64,000 nt of DNA from Octopus vulgaris. Taxonomy: Eukaryota. The stretch is from NCBI GenBank assembly GCA_951406725.2, contig OX597838.1, positions 20,956,001 to 21,020,000 on the forward strand, in the 5' to 3' direction. Positions 25,259 through 64,000 of the stretch are shown here, one piece after another (within the stretch, counting starts at the first letter, position 1; each line of letters starts with the position of its first letter). Below the pieces are notes generated by a model. The model was not told where the DNA came from. It was given only the letters and a program-made list of their open reading frames with translations, and ran no database searches. The translations under genes were made by a program, and so were the position numbers.

Positions 25259-28200
25259 TAAGATTGGTAGAGTTTTGGACAAAATGGCATCTGGTGTTTG
25301 TTGCCAGTTGTTGGGCAGCTGGCAGTCCGTCAGCTACAGTGATAGAGCTTGTAGTTGATCCAATCAATGGAACAGTCTGTTCATGAAATTAATGTGCAAA
25401 TGGCTGAGTACTCCATAGTCATGCATTCCTTTAATGGGAGATTCAGCATGATACAGAGTGTGTCAAGGCTGGCCCTTTGAAATACAACTACTACTCATTT
25501 TTGCCAACTGAGTGGACTGGAGTAATGTGAAATAAAGTGTCTTGCTCAAGGACATAATGTGCAGGTGGAAATCGAACTCATGGCCTTACAATTGCGAGCT
25601 GAATACCCTAACCACTAAGCCATGTGCCTTCATTGGATGGTGGGTGGTGGCATCCATAATACCAGACAAAATGTAAACTATACTAAGCCAGATAAGTACC
25701 ATACCATTTAAGTACCATACTCAGCTTATATATTTTAATGCTGTAAATGATAAAGAATTTGGAGATTTAATAAAATACCCAACTTCTACATTATCAGTGA
25801 AGGCGCATGGCTCAGTGGTTAGAGCGTCGAGCTTACGATTGTGAGGTTGTGAGCTCGAATCCCAGACCGGGCTGCATGTTGTGTTCTTGAGCAAGACACT
25901 TTATTTCACATTGCTCCAGTTCACTCAGCTGTAGAAATGAGTTGCAACAATGCCAGAATCTACAGCTTGCTGGACACTGCAACCATCTTAGCCTGCTGAA
26001 CCACAGTGGTCAGATATCCAACTCTAAAGGGTGGGAGGGGATTACACAGACTAATTCTCACATCAAAACTACTAATCACAGACAGGAAGAAAAGCCTTGA
26101 AGTGTTAGGGATCAGTTTACATAACCACTTGAGGGTGTGCCACTCTTTCTTGTAACCTTCAAACACAAAGAAACTACCATCATCATCACCATCATGTCCA
26201 GTGAACTTAACACTTCCTTCTTTATGTTGTATTAATAAATACATCAAGAAAGACAAAATATAACCCCAGCCATAGGCTGTCTCAGGCAAGTTGATTAAAT
26301 GATTAAAAAAAAACCCCAACAAAAACAGATTAAAAACAAGCTATTCATTGAATCATTTTTTTTTTCAGTGTAGTTAGTTGTATTATATTCAAAATTTGGT
26401 CTTTATTTTCCTACAGATTGCTAAATTCAGTACCAGTGATAGAATGAGAATAAAAAAAAAAGAATACCAGTTAGTCAACCATCTCTGTCCCTCTCCTTCT
26501 TGTCCATTGTGCTGCCCCCTATGTGTGATCTATACTCTGTAGTAGCATGCTTTCATGTTGTTTTATGATTTGTTAAGCGCATGAGTATATGAGATAGAAT
26601 TATGTTCATTATTTAGAATGGACGGTTAGGCATTCTAAACCTTGTTTGTTGTTACCACAATGTCTCGGCTGAGGACACCTATCCGTCCATTGTAAATAAT
26701 GTGCGTAATTCCTCATCTTAAAAATATGAAATAAAATTCTTTTGTATTGTGTTCTTTGAGTGCTTATGTACTGTGTTTCATATTCTGAGTAGCAAGTTGA
26801 CAAGGGAACTTCTATAACAGACATGGGCAACGTTTTGGGGAAGTGGGTCACTTGAGACATAGGCCATCAAGTGAGCCACATTACTCAAAAAAAAAAAAAA
26901 AAAAAACCAGAAATTCAGAGTAATTTTTCATTAGGCATGCCATTCAGAAAGTCCTACATTGTCACTTGCCCTGCTAGAAGTAACAGCTAATTCTCTCTAA
27001 ATCACATACTACTGTCTTAGAAATGATGGCATAATCCCCTGCTGGATTGCTTTTGATCATAAGTCTCCTCAATCAAATGTATTCCTGGAGATTAAAGAAT
27101 TTGTGGCACCAGCGTAATGATGTTAATATATTGCTCTTAAGCTCCAGGCCAAGCCAGATTGAGCTGACTTGTGGCCAATGGTATTCTAGCTTTCACTCTT
27201 ATGTAGAATAAAACACGCTGTGCAATGTGTTCTTTCTGCATCTTTTTTTTTTTTTTTTTTGGAGGATACAGTGTGATTTCAGAGAAAGTTAGCTGTTATT
27301 TCTGAAAAGTCAATTGATTGCATGAAAGCTCCCTTGCTGGCAAGCTTATGATGTAGGTTGAGCCTATAAGTAGATAACTTTTGACATGAGATTTTCAAGC
27401 AGGCACACAGACACAGTTGGATCCTCCCCAGGAGTGAGTATATAGTTTCACCGTGATGGTTAGAATACCATCAGGTCCAGTCACCCTGGAGGTTTTTAGT
27501 GGCCTAAAATGGCAGAAGCTGGTAACTGTTCATATATGCAATGGGGAAGAAGCAGTGTTACATTACAGTGTGTGTGTAAACAAGATTACATGTAAACAGA
27601 ATTACATGTCTTAACCAAGGTTTCAGTCATTCACTTTTTATTGATTGAGCAGATCAATTGCTGAATAGTCAAGCAAAAAGCCAATTGACCAAAAGCTTGA
27701 TCAAGAAACATAACTCTATTTACCTTGCATATTAACAAACACGTCTTGATTTCTAAATACTTTGTAACATGAAGGTCTTTTGGACACGTTATGGTATTGT
27801 AACATAAAAATCAAATTAAAATAACATACACATATGTATGTATATACGTGCGTGTATGTGTTTATAGATCTGTATTTGTCTGTTAGAACAATGCGGACAA
27901 TCTGATCATTGTGAGGGAAGGATGGCGGATGACTTTCGCAGTGACCTTGTTTAAACTGATGAGTTGAGTTGTGTCATTTCCTCATCTGTGACCATCTTCA
28001 ATCCGGTGGCAAGACCAGGTCAGGACAACTGGGGATGGATGGATGGAGACAGATGCAGTGGATGACCGAGATGTCTTGCTTGCTTCATCTTGCTTTCTGC
28101 ACTCCACAGTGCGTTGCTGCAGCTGCCTTCTTGCCCATTGATCCATGGGGCTTTCTTCTGTAGAGTACACTGGATCCATTCCTTACATACATATGGCAGC

Positions 28201-28313
28201 AAGCCCTAACTTAAACCTAACTACCAATATACGTATGCATACATTTTTTTCATTTTTTGTATTACAAAACACAGGTATGTATATATATATTTATGAAAGT
28301 TTATGTGTGTGTG

Positions 28314-28349
<36 letters not shown>

Positions 28350-28540
28350 TGTACACACACATACACAGACACATGCACACGCCTATGTATGCATTTATGA
28401 AAAAGTGAGTGTGCACACACACACTCCACTTCAAAGCAGTTATTATGTTGTTATTCTGCATATCTTTGCCTAATTTTACCATTCCATGCCACCTTCACTC
28501 ATGTTCCGTTTCTTTGTTCTCTCTAACCCCTTTCCTACAG

Positions 28541-63501
<34,961 letters not shown>

Positions 63502-64000
63502 GTAAGAAGCAATGTTTTCAATTGTCTTTTTCTTTAGGCAACAATTAAAGGCATTTTCCCCACCATTTGCAATATCTGTGAAGAAGTACAACCCATTTTG
63601 TGTTTTAATTAATTTCGAAAATAATTAACTAATTGAATAATTTTGAAAATAATTGAGAAATGTTTTGCTCCAGTTTCAATACCATTGTGTAGCACTTTAG
63701 ACAGGTGTTTCTGCTGTGACCTCAGGTTGACTGATTGACCAGTTGAGTGGAATACAGCGGATGGAAACTGGGAAAAAGGCGGCGAGCTGGCAGAAACGTT
63801 ATTTCATCTGCCGCTATGTTCTGAGTTCAAATTCCACCGAGGTCGACTTTGCCTTTCATCTTTTCGGGGTCAATTAAATAAGTACTAGTTATGCACTGGG
63901 GTCGATATAATCGACTTAATCAATTTGTCTGTCCTTGTTTGTTCCCTCTGTGAGCAGTAAAGAAATAGGAAACTGTGAAAAAGTCTGTTGTGTGTATGTG

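Noticed and set aside
25797-25880. tRNA gene (A-box TGGCTCAGTGG and B-box-like motif)
   Set aside because: No proper acceptor stem; it continues into a SINE body, and a full copy with TSDs is at 29344-29684.
26400-27960. Candidate ACAP BAR-domain exons after acceptor-like sites at ~26416 and ~27886
   Set aside because: No convincing donor and no BAR-like translation. A very small or divergent exon could still have been missed by eye.

Overview
AT-rich, microsatellite- and SINE-dense animal genomic DNA; the repeat families suggest an octopus (inference). Two protein-coding genes are supported. (1) Five phase-compatible + strand exons (28541-28641, 52004-52156, 57758-57866, 60877-60995, 63376-63501) splice into the PH domain, linker and start of the ArfGAP zinc finger of an ACAP/centaurin-beta gene. 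I found no exons for its N-terminal BAR domain, so they probably lie left of the window. (2) A 607-aa secreted leucine-rich-repeat protein is encoded by one - strand coding exon (1037-2860), with a clear acceptor at 2902-2904 and a probable non-coding first exon and core promoter near 6897-7196. It therefore appears to be nested antisense in a >28.5 kb ACAP intron. The rest is intronic: tRNA-derived SINE families, RTE-type LINE relics, hAT, Tc1/mariner and TTAA-type MITEs, two non-autonomous Helitrons and minisatellites. The most unusual structures are a ~228-bp-arm fold-back hairpin partly copied from a transposon junction 2.3 kb away, a dimeric SINE that inserted as one unit, and an AAG acceptor behind a 91-nt AG-free zone. 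All coordinates and alignments were read by eye; no searches were run.
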